DNA of 59,434 bases. Source: Gekko japonicus (lineage: Eukaryota). Below the pieces are notes generated by a model. It saw only the letters and a list, made by a program, of their open reading frames with translations, was not told the DNA's origin and ran no database searches. Of the stretch, positions 35,116-47,896 are shown piece by piece (position 1 is the stretch's first letter; each line of letters starts with the position of its first letter). The stretch covers positions 32,515 through 91,948 of the forward strand of contig NW_015162057.1 in assembly GCF_001447785.1 (NCBI RefSeq). The letters are read 5' to 3'. Both the position numbers and the translations under genes were made by a program.

Positions 35116-35854
35116 ATGCTTTAACAGTGGGACATGGGGGACTTTTCAGCTATGTTATGATCCCAGTGTCATGACTTGTTGTCCAAGTAGATCTCTAGAG
35201 GTTTCTTCTAGCCTGTCAGATACAAAAAATCTGTCATTCCCTAGATCAAGGAGGCTGCCCCATATGAATGTGTATGGGTCACGTACAAGTGTAGGGCCCA
35301 GATGTCTGTGGATTTCCCCCTGTCACAGCAGGAGCTCTGAGGTGCAGCCATTTCCTTTGGAGATCCTGCCCAGGAAGTCTCCAAGTCAGATCTTGGTCCA
35401 GCCATCAGTCTTGCCTCTTTCTTATACTTCAGCTGGCTTATCTGACTTAAAGCATTTTTCAGATAGAAAACACACAGGCGTGTGTTTTTGTCTTCCACCT
35501 TATATTTTTTGTAAGTCATAAATGGGTTGCTAAACTATGCCAGGAATATGTATGTTTTTGGCAGCTATGGGAATGTGTTGTAGCTGCTAACCTTTCCAGT
35601 TCAAACTGAACTATACTGAAAACATGCTTGTTTTTCCGAACTTGTACTGAATGCAGTGAGACTCCAGAGCTCTTAAAATGTTATCTGTCTCCACCAGTTA
35701 TTTCCATTTGAGAAAACACTGTGGATATTGTATACAAGGAACCCTGTGAGGTACATTAGGCTGAGCGATCTCCTCCAGAGATCTACATTCTGGAGGAGAA
35801 TTTGAATCTAGGTTTTCCCAGTCCTAGTCCCACATGTAACTACTATCCTGTACA

Positions 35855-36074
35855 TGGTGGTGGAGGAAAGTGCCATCAAGTTGCAGCCGACTTACAGTGA
35901 CCCTGTAGTGTTTTCAACAGGCAAGAGACATTCAGAAGTTGCTTGCCATTACTTGCCTCTGTGCCACCTTGGTCTTCTTTGGTAGTCTCCCATCCAAATA
36001 ATGACCAGGGCCAACCCTGCTTAGCTTCTAAGACAGGATGAGATTGGTCTAGCCTGCTTTATCCAGGTCAGGGC
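35855..36074 (-). mobile_element. 5S rRNA-derived SINE (5S-Sauria-like)
   Basis: Same family as 28865-29085 (CTGCTTAGCTTC...ATCCAGGTCAGGGC on the + strand). Confidence 0.75.
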
Positions 36075-36561
36075 ACCCTATACAGAGCTTACTTTATACC
36101 AGTTGTTCCACTAGAACATTCTTACCTCAGTCATCTGTTTTGTACTGTACAGAAACAGATGACTCTCTGACACAGTTGGCAAATAAGGTTGTCCTTTGAG
36201 GTACTTTCTTTAGGAATTCACTTGGGGTCTTGCACTTTTCTCATGCCCGAAGCAGATCCGCACAGCCTAAGAAGCAACGTTAATGTGTCGCCCTATGTCC
36301 AACTGTACATTGGGATGGGGCAGCTGGTGGCTGAATTGATCGATATGCTTAAACAGAGCTTGGATTTAAGCTGTTCAGTGTCCATTCTTGTCTCTTTCTG
36401 TGTAGTGCTCTTTTTAATTCTCTAGCCTACCAAGTCCTTAAAATATTCTTTGGGTAATCCATGCATTAGGAGGTCTTGCATACGAAGCAATGCATCATTT
36501 GCACTCACCCAAAAGTTGTGTACCAAGAGAATACAATTTCTACACATAGAAAAGCTGAATT

Positions 36562-38270
36562 CTTTTCTTTTTTTTGGTCCCCCTAAGGGGAATTTTTATT
36601 GATTTTTTACACACTACAAACTACAGCCAAGAGTTTGGGAAGGGGGACCAAATGAACTAGAAAAATGAACTAGAAAAAAGACCCACTAATAACTAAAAAC
36701 CCAAGAGTAGGAGATCAGTACATCAGCTTAATGTTACTTTAAAAAGCTAATATAACAACGAACATAGTCACTTATGCTAGATTGATTATCTCTTAACTAT
36801 TCATTTAACTGTTTAATGAACCCCCCACCCCGAACATCCCAAAATATTTCAGAGTTTTCAGGCACAAATCAGAGTCCTTCAGCCACTATTTATTCTTCTC
36901 TTTTCTAATCCTCAGTTTGTATGAACTTTTGGGGGCGGTGAGTCCTCGTCTTTTCAGAGGGTGAGTCCTCGTCTGAAGACCCCAAGCCTAACTCGCCGTC
37001 AGATTTGCTTTCTTCTTCTTCCTTCTCGTCCTCAGCCAGTTCCCCGAGCTGTAATCGCAGAAATTCACGTGCCTTAAGAACAGAGTCAAACTATTTCTCT
37101 TCTGTCTTATGTCAAATGGAATGTCTTTTAAAATCCTGGTGTTGTTGTCCCCAATTTTCAAGGGAGTTCCCATAGTTGCTTTCAAAATAGAGTCTCTCAC
37201 ATGTCTCTTCGAAAATCTGACTACTATTTCCCCAGGCAGATCATTTTTCTTGATGTATAAGGAATAGGACCGGTAGACCACATCCATCTCGCTATAGAGG
37301 TATTCCGCTGTCAAATCTGTCATTGGGGCTATTGCTTCACTCAGCCGTTGTTTCAGATTCTCTCCTTTAATTTCCGGGATCCCTTGAAACCGTAGGACCA
37401 AATTGGCTTTCTCCATTTGCAGCTGCAAAAGTTGTGACTCTTCCGTGGCTTGCTTCATTTCCAGCTTCTGCACCTTTTTCTTAACTTTTTTAGTGTTGGC
37501 GTCCATTTCCTTAACCTTCTCCCCCATTTGCTCTGTTGCTTTTAAAGATTGGGTCAATTGAAGCTGCTGAGAAGCCAAACTTTGACCAATTGTTGACAGT
37601 TGTTGCTTAATGCTAGTCATCTCATCCAGCAGAGGGCGCAAGGAATCAGCCAACATTTTTGAGAGCTAAGTGATCTCTTCCGTTCGAGGACTACCCACTT
37701 TCTCTTTCAAAAGTTTTTCTTCTTCCGGTTTCTTCCCCGCCATTTGTTTACTTAACAGAAAGTTGCTAAAGTCTCTGAAATTCGCCCAAATGCTTGTCTG
37801 CGCTGTGGTAAGTCTCTTAAAACAGTTTAAAATGCTTATTTTTCCACTTCCCCCTCTTTATTCCGCGTTTTCGCTTATGCATTTGGGAGGGGCCCCTCCC
37901 CCGCTCGCTTCCCATCGCTTTTTAAGGGGGCAGCTTTCTTTTTATATCTCCATGCTCGCTTCAACACGACTCACAGTTTGTTGTTGGCCAACCGGCCTTG
38001 CTTGGCATCGTTTTTTTTCGCCCAATCTCCAACGCTTGTCCCAGTCAGCAGCACTCGTACCATACGGTCACTCAGCGGCAGGACCTTCGGGGTGGAGGAG
38101 CGCCTCAATTCTCCGGCATCGCGCCGTCAAAGAGGTCACTCCTCAAAAGCCCCCTGGCTAGAAGCCTTTTACCAAGGCTCCGGGGGGGGGGTCGCGACTG
38201 GTGTGCAGTTTGCATCCCCGGGGCATCTGGGAGATGTGTCTGCCTGCGTGTCGCCATAGACCGGAAGTCC
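36562..38270 (-). mobile_element. ORF1-only L1-clade element (HAL1-like), complete with 5' UTR, poly(A) and TSD
   Basis: 5' end GGACTTCCGGTCTATGGCG; CpG-rich 5' UTR; ORF1 from ATG 37743 (one TAG at 37666-37668) with coiled coil and RRM motifs (LRFQGIPEIKGENL, PGEIVVRF, RILKDIP); AATAAA plus A-tail at about 36562-36600; 13-bp TSD GAAAAGCTGAATT. Confidence 0.85.
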
Positions 38271-38702
38271 GAAAAGCTGAATTATATCATCTTCATAGAT
38301 CATAAAAAAACAAAATTTGCAGATATTGCATTGCTGGTAACCAGAGCCAAGGTGGTTTGCAGACCCCTAAAGGCCCTTGACCCCTTCAAAAGTTAAGCCC
38401 TATTCACTCCTCCTCCTGTCTTTTGTGCTTTTTAAACCCTTCTTATTATACATTCATAGCCTTAAGACCTGGAAACTTTTAAAAAGGGAAATGTAAGCTG
38501 AGGTTCTGAGAAACCTGAACTCTGGGCCTAGCACCAAATAACCACCCTTAAGCCATACACCTTTAGAATATAGGCAGCTCTGATTAAAAGGAGTATAAGG
38601 GAGCATGCTTGCGATTATGGTTTCCTTCTTGCAAGCTTTGGAGAATGTGATTTCTGTAGGGTCATTGGTAGATTGATGACAGCACTGGCTGCTTGGTGTT
38701 AT

Positions 38703-39066
38703 TGTCAGGCTCCTTAGTCAGGTCACACCACACAGGGCTTCATAAGAGGATAACTGTTTATGAGTGGTTCCAGTACTAAAGAACACGTGTACAGATTGTG
38801 TCAGGAATAGCCCTCAGTATTAGGGCCTCTGACTTATAGTGAAATCAAACATCCCCCCCCTGTAAGCATAAGCCAATGGATATAGTTCGCGTGCGCGGCT
38901 AAGCAAGCGGGCATAGTACAGAAGCTGTTAACTTTCCCAGCCGTGGAAGCGGTAGCTGGAACATCTGCAAGGTCAAGCGTAAGATAGCACACAGTAGCTG
39001 GGCAGGAAAGAGCTGAGAAGGAGCATACCCCTCCACATTCCAGATCTATGACAAGGCTACCTGACA
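38703..39066. mobile_element. Solo LTR (Gypsy/ERV-type)
   Basis: Terminal inverted TGTCAGG...CCTGACA; perfect 5-bp TSD GTTAT (38698-38702 and 39067-39071). Confidence 0.8.
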
Positions 39067-39422
39067 GTTATCTATAAAAAACTAAATGTCGTTTTACCAG
39101 AGTGAAGGTCAAGAAAATTCCAAAAGTATAGCAGCAGTCCTGGTCAGTGTTAGTCCCACAGCAGAACTGCCTTTAAAGTAGAAAAGTATTTTGAGGCATC
39201 TAGCCTCTTCTCACTGCCTCTGCTGCTTGGAACTAACCTAATTTTGTTCAGCCCATGTCATTGGGATGTTTAGTGCATCCCAGTTGGCCCACAAAACAAG
39301 AATCCCTATGAACCTGAATTGCCCTGGTGTTGCCCTCCTCTAACGAAAATAATCCCTAAAAAATCTCTACCTGACAGGTGCTTACCCTGACCACTACAAC
39401 ATGCAAATCTTTTGAATTCTAG

Positions 39423-39489
39423 GTTCGTTTTAAATGAACTAGTGCAAACGGAGAAAGACTACGTCAAAGACCTAGGAACTGTGGTGGAG
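39423..39489 (+). CDS. KALRN: Kalirin exon, start of DH2 domain (M)FVLNELVQTEKDYVKDLGTVVE
   Basis: ttctag| acceptor, |gtgagt donor; 67 nt, phase 2/0; DH CR1 motif ELxxTExxYVxDL. Confidence 0.97.
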
Positions 39490-39939
39490 GTGAGTTAAAA
39501 TCTACACAAGATCTATTTCCATTGTGACTTCTCAAATTAAATGGTTCTTCTGTAAAGGGGTGACACTGTGAGCTTGTCTTCTTCATGAACTGAAAGCGGT
39601 TAATTTATCTGCCATCTGAGGGGCAGGAGAGAAACAATTTCACAAACTGTCTGTGCAAACCATTCTAATCGCATTTTAATAATGACTGTTAAATTTCAGT
39701 TGCTGACTTGCTCTGTAGGTATGTAGTAAGTCCTTAAATCTCAGTTGAACATGATTTATATAACCTTAATGTTCTAAAATTAGAAATTGAAATTATGAAG
39801 GTATNNNNNNNNNNNNNNNNNNNNNNNNNNNNNNNNNNNNNNNNNNNNNNNNNNNNNNNNNNNNNNNNNNNNNGCATGAAAAGTGAACTTAATTACTGTT
39901 CCCGTTCCCGTCTGTTTAATCACTGATTTTCTGTTAAAG

Positions 39940-40043
39940 GGATTCATGAAAAGAATAGAAGAAAAAGGTGTCCCTGAAGATATGAAAGGGAAAGATAAGA
40001 TTGTATTTGGAAACATCCACCAGATTTATGATTGGCACAAAGA
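39940..40043 (+). CDS. KALRN: Kalirin DH2 exon [34 protein letters not shown](D)
   Basis: ctgttaaag| acceptor, |gtaagt donor; 104 nt, phase 0/2. Confidence 0.97.
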
Positions 40044-40238
40044 GTAAGTTTATAACATTTTAAATAACCGTTTCCAAATGTATAGGACTTCTTCAAATTA
40101 AAAAAAAAATTGTTCTGACCCAAAACACTGGTCTGTATCTCTGGGGGTTATTGGACCAGTCACTTTCTCACACAGCACACCTCCCAGATACCTCTGAAAT
40201 TGGGGGTGGGGGGATGATGGACCCTTAGAAACAGCATA

Positions 40239-40449
40239 AAGAAGAAGAGTCGTTTTTTTATACCTCACTTTTCACAAGAGACTTACAATTGCCTTCCCTT
40301 CCTCTCCCCACAACAGACACCCTGTGAGGTAGGTGGGGCTGAGAGGACTGTGACTGACCCTAGGTCACCCGGCTGGTCTCATGTGGAGAAGTGGGGGTCA
40401 AACCAGGTTCTCCAGATTAGAGTCCACCACTCCTAACCACTACACCAAA
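40239..40449 (-). mobile_element. Squam3-like SINE
   Basis: Reverse complement of the 29242 family. Confidence 0.75.
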
Positions 40450-40534
40450 GGGCAAAGAGGGGTCCTGCAGTAGGAGAGGGGAATCACAATTGGTGAGGGG
40501 CCAATTTCCACTGAAGACACAAGTGTCATTCAAC

Positions 40535-40730
40535 CTTTATTTATTTATTTATTTATAATTCGATTTATATCCCGCCCTCCCCTAAGGCTCAGGGCGGCTA
40601 ACAATTGGGGCAAAAGCCATAATTAAAACAATTAAAAACAAGATAAAAACATAACATTAGTACAACAAAGTGCTGGTGCTCTGATGTTCCCAGTTCCAAG
40701 ATGGGTTCCAGGAGGGTGGATCCGGACCAA
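40535..40730 (-). mobile_element. L2 3' UTR fragment
   Basis: (TTTA)n followed by ATCCCGCCCTCCCC...GGCTCAGGGCGGCT, matching the L2 end at 11482-11545. Confidence 0.65.
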
Positions 40731-42551
40731 TGACGTAAGTTCCAAAGTGTCAGGTATTAGACTATTCACGACTGTTTCATACTTGGGCATCAATCCTAGA
40801 CTACCTGAAGTCGCAAGCAGTGATTCCTGCTACAGCCGATAATTTGGACTTGATAAATCTCTGATTAGCCTCATGTTAAGTCTACGGTCTACGGTCTGTT
40901 CTGTGGAGTACAGTTATAGTAATTTATTGAGTTAGATCCTTGTTGTTTTATAAAGTAGTTTATATGAACCTTTTTTTAATTATGGGGGGGTGAGGGGAAC
41001 CCGGGGGATTGTTGATGTTAATTTTAATGTAAAAAAAAAAGGTATTAGGCTATAAGCCACTTTTACACACACACACACACACACATGCACGCCCCTCATG
41101 TGTGATGCTACGGATTTTGGGATGGTCGAAGTGAGTGCAGAGTTAGAAGCTTCTGAACATCTGGTAAGACCTCAAGATGCTTTTTAAACTTTCTGGCTAA
41201 AGCACATTGTGTGACAGGCTGGTGTGTGTGGTGGTTCCATGCATGTCAAGTGGGTGTGTGGTGGTTCCATGTTGAGGTTTTGAAGAATCACGTTCATCCA
41301 TATGCTACAGATCTGACATTTGTCCCTTTAATCTTCATAAGGATAGATGAGTGGATTCCATATTTCCTGCTTAAGGGAACCCTTTCCACATTGCTTCTGA
41401 GGAATTACTCTTCTGCTCCAGGATCCTCTGCAAGGAGGACTCTGAGGCCCTGCACATGTTGCCTGGGTAGAGTTGCCTGCTCTCACATGGGAAATTCCTG
41501 GAGATTGGGGGTGGGGGGGGTACCTAAGAAAGATGGAGTCTCAGGAAGAGAGGGAACTCAGTGGAGAATGTGATACCATACCATCTAGCCTCCAAAGCTA
41601 CCATTTCCTCCAGAGGAATTGACATGTGATCTAGAGATCAATAACTAATCCAGGAAAGCTCCAGGCCGCACCTGGAGGCTGGCCATTCTGAGCCTTCCTA
41701 TACCATATGCTGAGAATAAGCCACCAAATGTATGCCTAAGACTTCTCTGCAGCTGTGTACACTGTGAGATAAAAATTGATGATGGTATGCAAATATCTTG
41801 GGAAGATTTGATCTTCACATTGAGATGCAACTGAAACTGGGAATGCAGTTTGGACATTATGGTTCGTACTGTTCTGGCTGATAACTTAATATGTGTGGTG
41901 GCAGGTAGTCTTTTCCTTTTGATAAAGTAGTGAACAGGATGGAACCCAGAGATTTCTAAAAGAACAGTGTGAGTTGTAAACCGAACATTTTATAAATCAG
42001 AACCTTTTTTTATGCGGCTGAATTCAGCATGCCTAGGGTATAGTGCATGCTGATTTCTCCATGATGGCTTTGCAGAAGTTGTTCCCAGTGCAAGAGACAA
42101 GCAATAATAATTTAGTGCCCCCAAGGCACACTGTGTTGGCTTTCAAGTGTGGTTTCTCTGTAGGGAATATGCCACAAAGAAGCTGCAGATAGACAGCTGA
42201 TACCTCTTTTCACAGTTCACAAGTTTTATTAATTGTATCTGGGGAGGAAAATGCTTCCAAAAGTCTCCCTTACAGTTTTAGGTCATACTACATTCTGTCT
42301 CAATATACCAAGATTACGGCAACTCACAGAACATAAGGCAAAGAAAATGTTACATAACAGGGGAATGATTGAACACTGATGACAAGAAGCTACTTGGCAT
42401 TTATGACTAGCCAAATGCTTCATTACAAGAATACTGCTACAAAAGGGCATGAATAAGCATGTGGTTCACAGTATCAGCTTATCCATCTGGTAAAGCCATG
42501 TGACCGGGGGTGGGCAAAGACTTAGCCCCTTTTCAGGCCATAGAACATTAG

Positions 42552-42758
42552 CAGTGTTCTCTCCAAGCTGAGTTGCTGTGAGCTAGCTCACAGTTTTTTT
42601 AGCCTCCAGCTCACACATTTTTGTCTTAGCTCAGGAAGGGATGGCCCCAGAGCAAACTAATTTGTGCAGTAGCCACATCGCTTGCTCACAACTTTAATGC
42701 CAGTAGCTCACAAAGTAGAATTTTTGCTCACAAGACTCCACAGCTTAGAGGGAGCTTG
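42552..42758. mobile_element. hAT MITE family B (possibly nested in an old LTR at about 42159-42846)
   Basis: Homologous to 24094-24299; degenerate TSD AACATTAG/CACGTTAG. Confidence 0.8.
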
Positions 42759-43645
42759 CACGTTAGTTATTGAGACTAATGGCATTGCATTGGTCTCTAG
42801 CACTTGGTAATCAGTAATTGCTCTGGTCACATTTCAGGACCTACTGTTTTCTAATCATATGCCTGTACTCATCATGGGGAACCTGTGGACTTCAGCATTA
42901 AAAATCAAATTGTGGTGTTCAATAATCCAGGCTTGCCAATTGATTTGAAAACTTCCTGTAAACTTGGGGGCGGCTGAAGGTGATATGGTCCAGGTGAAAC
43001 AGGGATTTTTAATGTGCAGGAGGTAAAAGGCTGATATAATATGCAGGACACTGGGATGATCAGAATTCTTCATTCCACTCAAAGCCCCCTCTACTTTCTC
43101 AGCCTTCTGTAAAATGTGTGCATTTAGCATTGTCTATTTGCAACAGGCAGACTGGAGCTGAAGTCTTTTCTTTGTTAATAAGAAGAAAAGTAGTCAGTGT
43201 CATGGGATTGTGAAGAAGGTGCAAAGCACAGGGCTTGAAGTCCATTACTGCTTTATAGTCCACAACACTTCAGAACTTCTATAGAATTTCCTTTTTTTTC
43301 AAGCTTCATAAGATTCTGTGTATGGAGTAGGAGCAGGAAGTAGAAGCCATGCTGCCGTTGTTTACCGGGTTTGAAGTTTGGAGAAATGATGCTTGGGAGT
43401 TGGGGAGAGACTGTCGAGATGAATAAGGACTTTATCACGCATCTGCAACTGATGGAGGGTTGAAACTCTTCTTGAAAATCAGATGAACAGGCCACTCTGA
43501 GGTTGTCTGCACGGGCTTTATTGTAGCAGTTCAGATAGCTATAGCTCTTGTGATGTGGTACAGCTGTATAAAGCCATGTAGCATTTGAGCAAGAAATACT
43601 GAAAAGGACGATTGAAACTAGCCCTCCCTTTCTCTTCAATTGCAG

Positions 43646-43715
43646 TTTTTTTCTAGCTGAACTGGAAAAGTGCCTTCAGGAGCATGACCGGTTAGCGCAG
43701 CTGTTCATCAAGCAT
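43646..43715 (+). CDS. KALRN: Kalirin DH2 exon FFLAELEKCLQEHDRLAQLFIKH
   Basis: ttgcag| acceptor, |gtaagt donor; 70 nt, phase 2/0. Confidence 0.97.
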
Positions 43716-44780
43716 GTAAGTTAGTGTCATTTAAAAATAAAAAAAAAATGAGCATTAATCTTGAAATATATTGTGGTTTCTCTTCAGATCGCATTAATCT
43801 TGAAATTAGACTACTGAAGGTCTGAATTTTCGTAAAACCATAAAACTGTGCAAGCATTTGTGCTTTCTGAACACAGAGTAAAATTTGACAAATACCCAAA
43901 GAAGCTCTGTGTTAAATTATTATACTTAATGGTTTTGGCACTTAAAAACAGAATGCATGCATGTCTCCGGGCTCAAAAGATCCCCAGGGATACAGTTTCA
44001 AATGTTGTGTAGGGTTTCCCTTCCTGACTGAAGCCAGTATGTATACATGCAGGATGTGTGTCTTAATGAAAACAACTAAGTTGAAACAGATGTATACCCT
44101 CAAAGGAATTAGAGACCAAAACCACAACTTCCAGTAAAATATTTTTCACTCAGTTCAGTTTATATATTTACTTTTGTCAGGGTTTGAGAACCTGCATGCC
44201 CTTGCGACTGGCTTGATGGGCTTGCATCTGAGTTCGGATCACCGATCTGTCATGGTCTTGTGAGATGGCCTGAGGCAATTTGGAGGCTGTTAATACAGGA
44301 GCCTGAGACCAAGCATCCTCATAAAGGAGATTCTACCTGGCTGGAACAGTCATTGCCTTCTATAGTTGCTGTAGTCAAGCAAAAAACGTATTCTAGGCCT
44401 CTTAGTTAGCACGGTTGCTGCTGCTCGTCTGTTCACCTTTCTCGGCAATATGCATGAAAGTATACAAAATCTTGGCAGCAAATGCAGCAGTGGTCTGTAT
44501 TACATAAGTGCTGGCATCCAATTCATGCTATCTTCCCGTGCCCAAAAGGTGGAATTGTGTCAGTCTGGCATCTGTTTGGAATGCCTGTGTAGCACATGAT
44601 GCTAACTGCACTGGGGAGTTATGGGATACATCCACTCATTCACCAGAGGAATGCTCTTCCTGGTCCAGTTTGTACTGGGCCTTGATTGGTTCTGGTTTTC
44701 TTTGCTTTCTCCCGCTGCTCATGCAGTGATACAAGTCTGTGGCTTAACCTTGAACAGTTGTGTAAACTTTGTTTTCACAG

Positions 44781-44867
44781 GAGAGAAGACTACACATGTA
44801 TGTAGTATACTGTCAAAACAAACCAAAATCTGAATATATAGTAGCGGAATATGGTCCATATTTTGAG
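44781..44867 (+). CDS. KALRN: Kalirin DH2 exon [29 protein letters not shown]
   Basis: gttttcacag| acceptor, |gtaagt donor; 87 nt, phase 0/0; DH YxxYCxNKP motif. Confidence 0.96.
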
Positions 44868-46525
44868 GTAAGTTTTTGGCTCTTTGGGTGCCTCATGTTG
44901 CAGGTTAAACATATATGTGTGGTGTGATCTCTGCTTTTTGATCATGCTTCCATGCATAGCCTCCAACAACTACCAGCCAGCATCTTCCTGCTTGGGTTGC
45001 TGGATTTGCTCTCTCTTCTTTGACTTTCTGTGAGCACTGACTCATACNNNNNNNNNNNNNNNNNNNNNNNNNNNNNNNNNNNNNNNNNNNNNNNNNNNNN
45101 NNNNNNNNNNNNNNNNNNNNNNNNNNNNNNNNNNNNNNNNNNNNNNNNNNNNNNNNNNNNNNNNNNNNNNNNNNNNNNNNNNNNNNNNNNNNNNNNNNNN
45201 NNNNNNNNNNNNNNNNNATTTCCATGGCATTACCAGTTGTCTGGTCCCTCCTGAGTCTTTCCTGTTGCTTCAAGCCTGTCTTTAGCTAACTATCTGTCTT
45301 TTCTGATCAATAAAACACATAAATGCGAGTAGGGAGCAACCAAGAAAGAGCTTTGTGATCTGTCCTATCATGAAAGTAAATCAACTGTGGAAGAACTGTT
45401 CAAAAGGGTGTCGTTCATGTAATTAATACTTACAGCAGCTCCAAAAGCAAACACCAGTACCTTGTAATTAGAGTATGAGATGTTCACCTCGGGAGAGGGG
45501 CTACATATGAGCAGGGTGATAGTCAAAAGTTCCTGTGGAGGAGGGGCAGCTCCCCAGGACTTCCGGTTCTTAAACCAGCAGTTAATTGTTGGGTTAGAAT
45601 CTAGGAGACCCCGGTCTGAATCCTCACCCTGCTAGGAAAGCTCAACCGGGTGACCTTGGGCCAGTCTTTCAGCCTGCCCTTCCCCTTTTCCATTTTATCC
45701 TCAGAACAATCACTCTGTGAAGGAGAATGATGTTGTAAGCTGTTTGGGGTTCCCACTGGGGAGAAAATATGGTATTTAAATGATACTCAACCCCCAGGTA
45801 TAGAAATCTCCTCTAAATCACAGGATTCTCACACAAACCGTTGCTGATATTACCTGTAGTCTGCAAAAATTTTGTGTTTTCCTTTCCTTTCCCTAGATTT
45901 AACAGCCATTAGNNNNNNNNNNNNNNNNNNNNNNNNNNNNNNNNNNNNNNNNNNNNNNNNNNNNNNNNNNNNNNNNNNNNNNNNNNNNNNNNNNNNNNNN
46001 NNNNNNNNNNNNNNNNNNNNNNNNNNNNNNNNNNNNNNNNNNNTCAGTTCTCTATTGATCCTATAAAGAGAAAAGTTGCCACGTCTCTTATGCTGTTCAC
46101 CAACCTATCTGATAGCTTAATAGCGCAGTGTCCGCTTCTCAGAAAGCATCATTAGCTGCTTTATCCAAGGAGTAATATATTTGTTCTGTATGGTATTGTT
46201 TGGGGGACATACTAAAACAATATGAGCAAAGCAATATGACAATAAGGGCCTTTGCATTCCTCTGCAGGAATTTTTGTGTTTTAAGCAGGTTTCAGGTTTG
46301 AGTCACTTAACAGCATCTCCAAAACAAAAAGGGGAAATACGTTGTTTGAGTTCTCTGTATAATTCTAATTACATAGACCACTGCTTTGGTCTCTTTAATG
46401 TTTGAACTAGTGGGATTTGTTAACACCACTATATGCCAGTCCAGCTGCTCTGTTCAGAAAGATGGTGGTGTCCTTTTGCCATCATGAAACTACTTAATAT
46501 TGATATTGCTTACTTTATTCTACAG

Positions 46526-46618
46526 GAAGTGCAACTAGAAATAAGCCAGCGGCTAACTCTCAGCGACTTCTTAATCAAACCCATTCAAAGAATAACGAAG
46601 TACCAGCTTCTGCTCAAG
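46526..46618 (+). CDS. KALRN: Kalirin DH2 exon EVQLEISQRLTLSDFLIKPIQRITKYQLLLK
   Basis: ttattctacag| acceptor, |gtgaaa donor; 93 nt; DH CR3 motif LIKPIQRITKYQLLLK. Confidence 0.97.
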
Positions 46619-47307
46619 GTGAAAGGAAGTACACTAGTGTTATTATGTGTCTAGCAAAAAAACCATCAAAACATCTGTATGCTGGTAATGGCAAAGAAGA
46701 TCAAAGCAGTTGCCAACAATAGAGATTAAGAACCAAGATGCTCCCTAGGTGCATGCAGGAGTTTGCATGTGCATACTGGAGTGTGATGTGTTCGTGCTGC
46801 ACTGGAGTAATTGACAAAATTTCCCCTAAGTATGAGAGTGGATTACTGGGTCAGTACAGTAGCTTCCATTCAGAAGGCAGCGGGGAGAAGGGATCTGAGA
46901 GCCTCATACATATGCAGAAATATTTCAAGTGGAAAATGGTGTCTAATGCTGAGTCTAAAAGGTGACCTGGGGTTTACTCCTGCTTAACATACAGAATGCT
47001 GTAATAAAGTGTTAGGCTTATACCATTTCCTTCTAGCTTTCTGTCCATACCAGCTACATATACACATTGATAAGCAAATATTTTATCAAGCTATAATGAA
47101 ATGTATGTAGCTCCAATATTTGCAGTGTGCTATACTGTGTAAAGTTAAAAAATAAATGCTAATAAGCTGCTCTTCAGAAAACTTTAGAACTGCATTCAGA
47201 TAGGGAAATACACAGTTTTGTCACTGGAGCACTGGAAAAATTGAGGCTGAAGCTTCAGAACCTCTTGTCTCCTTTGGAAGCCTTTTGAGGAAAGCCATGT
47301 CTCTTTG

Positions 47308-47662
47308 GGAGCTGCGGTGGCTCAAGTGGTTAAGATGCTGAACTGCAGACTGTGGAAGGTCAGTAGTTCAGCAGTTCGAGACCCGGGTGCCGCAAGACGG
47401 AGTGAGCTCCCGTCTCTAGTTCCAGCTCCTGCCAACCTAGCAGTTCGAAAGCAAGAAATTGCAAGTAGATAAATAGGGACCACTTCGGTGGGAAGGTAAC
47501 AGCGTTCCGTGCACCTTGGTGTTTAGTCATGCCGGCCTCATGACCATGGAAACGTCTTCGGACAGCGTTGGCTCTTCGGCTTTGAAACGGAGATGAGCAC
47601 CGCAACCCTAGAGTCGGTTTCGACTGGCTTTCGAGCAAGGGAACTTTTACCTTTACCTTTTT
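47308..47662 (+). mobile_element. Sauria-type tRNA SINE
   Basis: Same family as 17849; TSD ATGTCTCTTTG. Confidence 0.88.
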
Positions 47663-47896
47663 ATGTCTCTTTGACCTGTGGCTGTGTATTTCAGACGCAG
47701 TGTCTTCATCCCTGCTGTTTCAAGCTTCAATTTGCAACTTTTGGCTCTTGTTTCTGCTATTTATTCTCCGAAGTGCATAGAAAAGTCTCTCTCTTTCTGT
47801 TTTCATTTACAAAAGTAGTAGATTTTATGAATGCACTTAATGAACAAGACAAGCTTCACACAAATAGTTTTAAGGGGATGTGTTTCTTTCCTGTAG

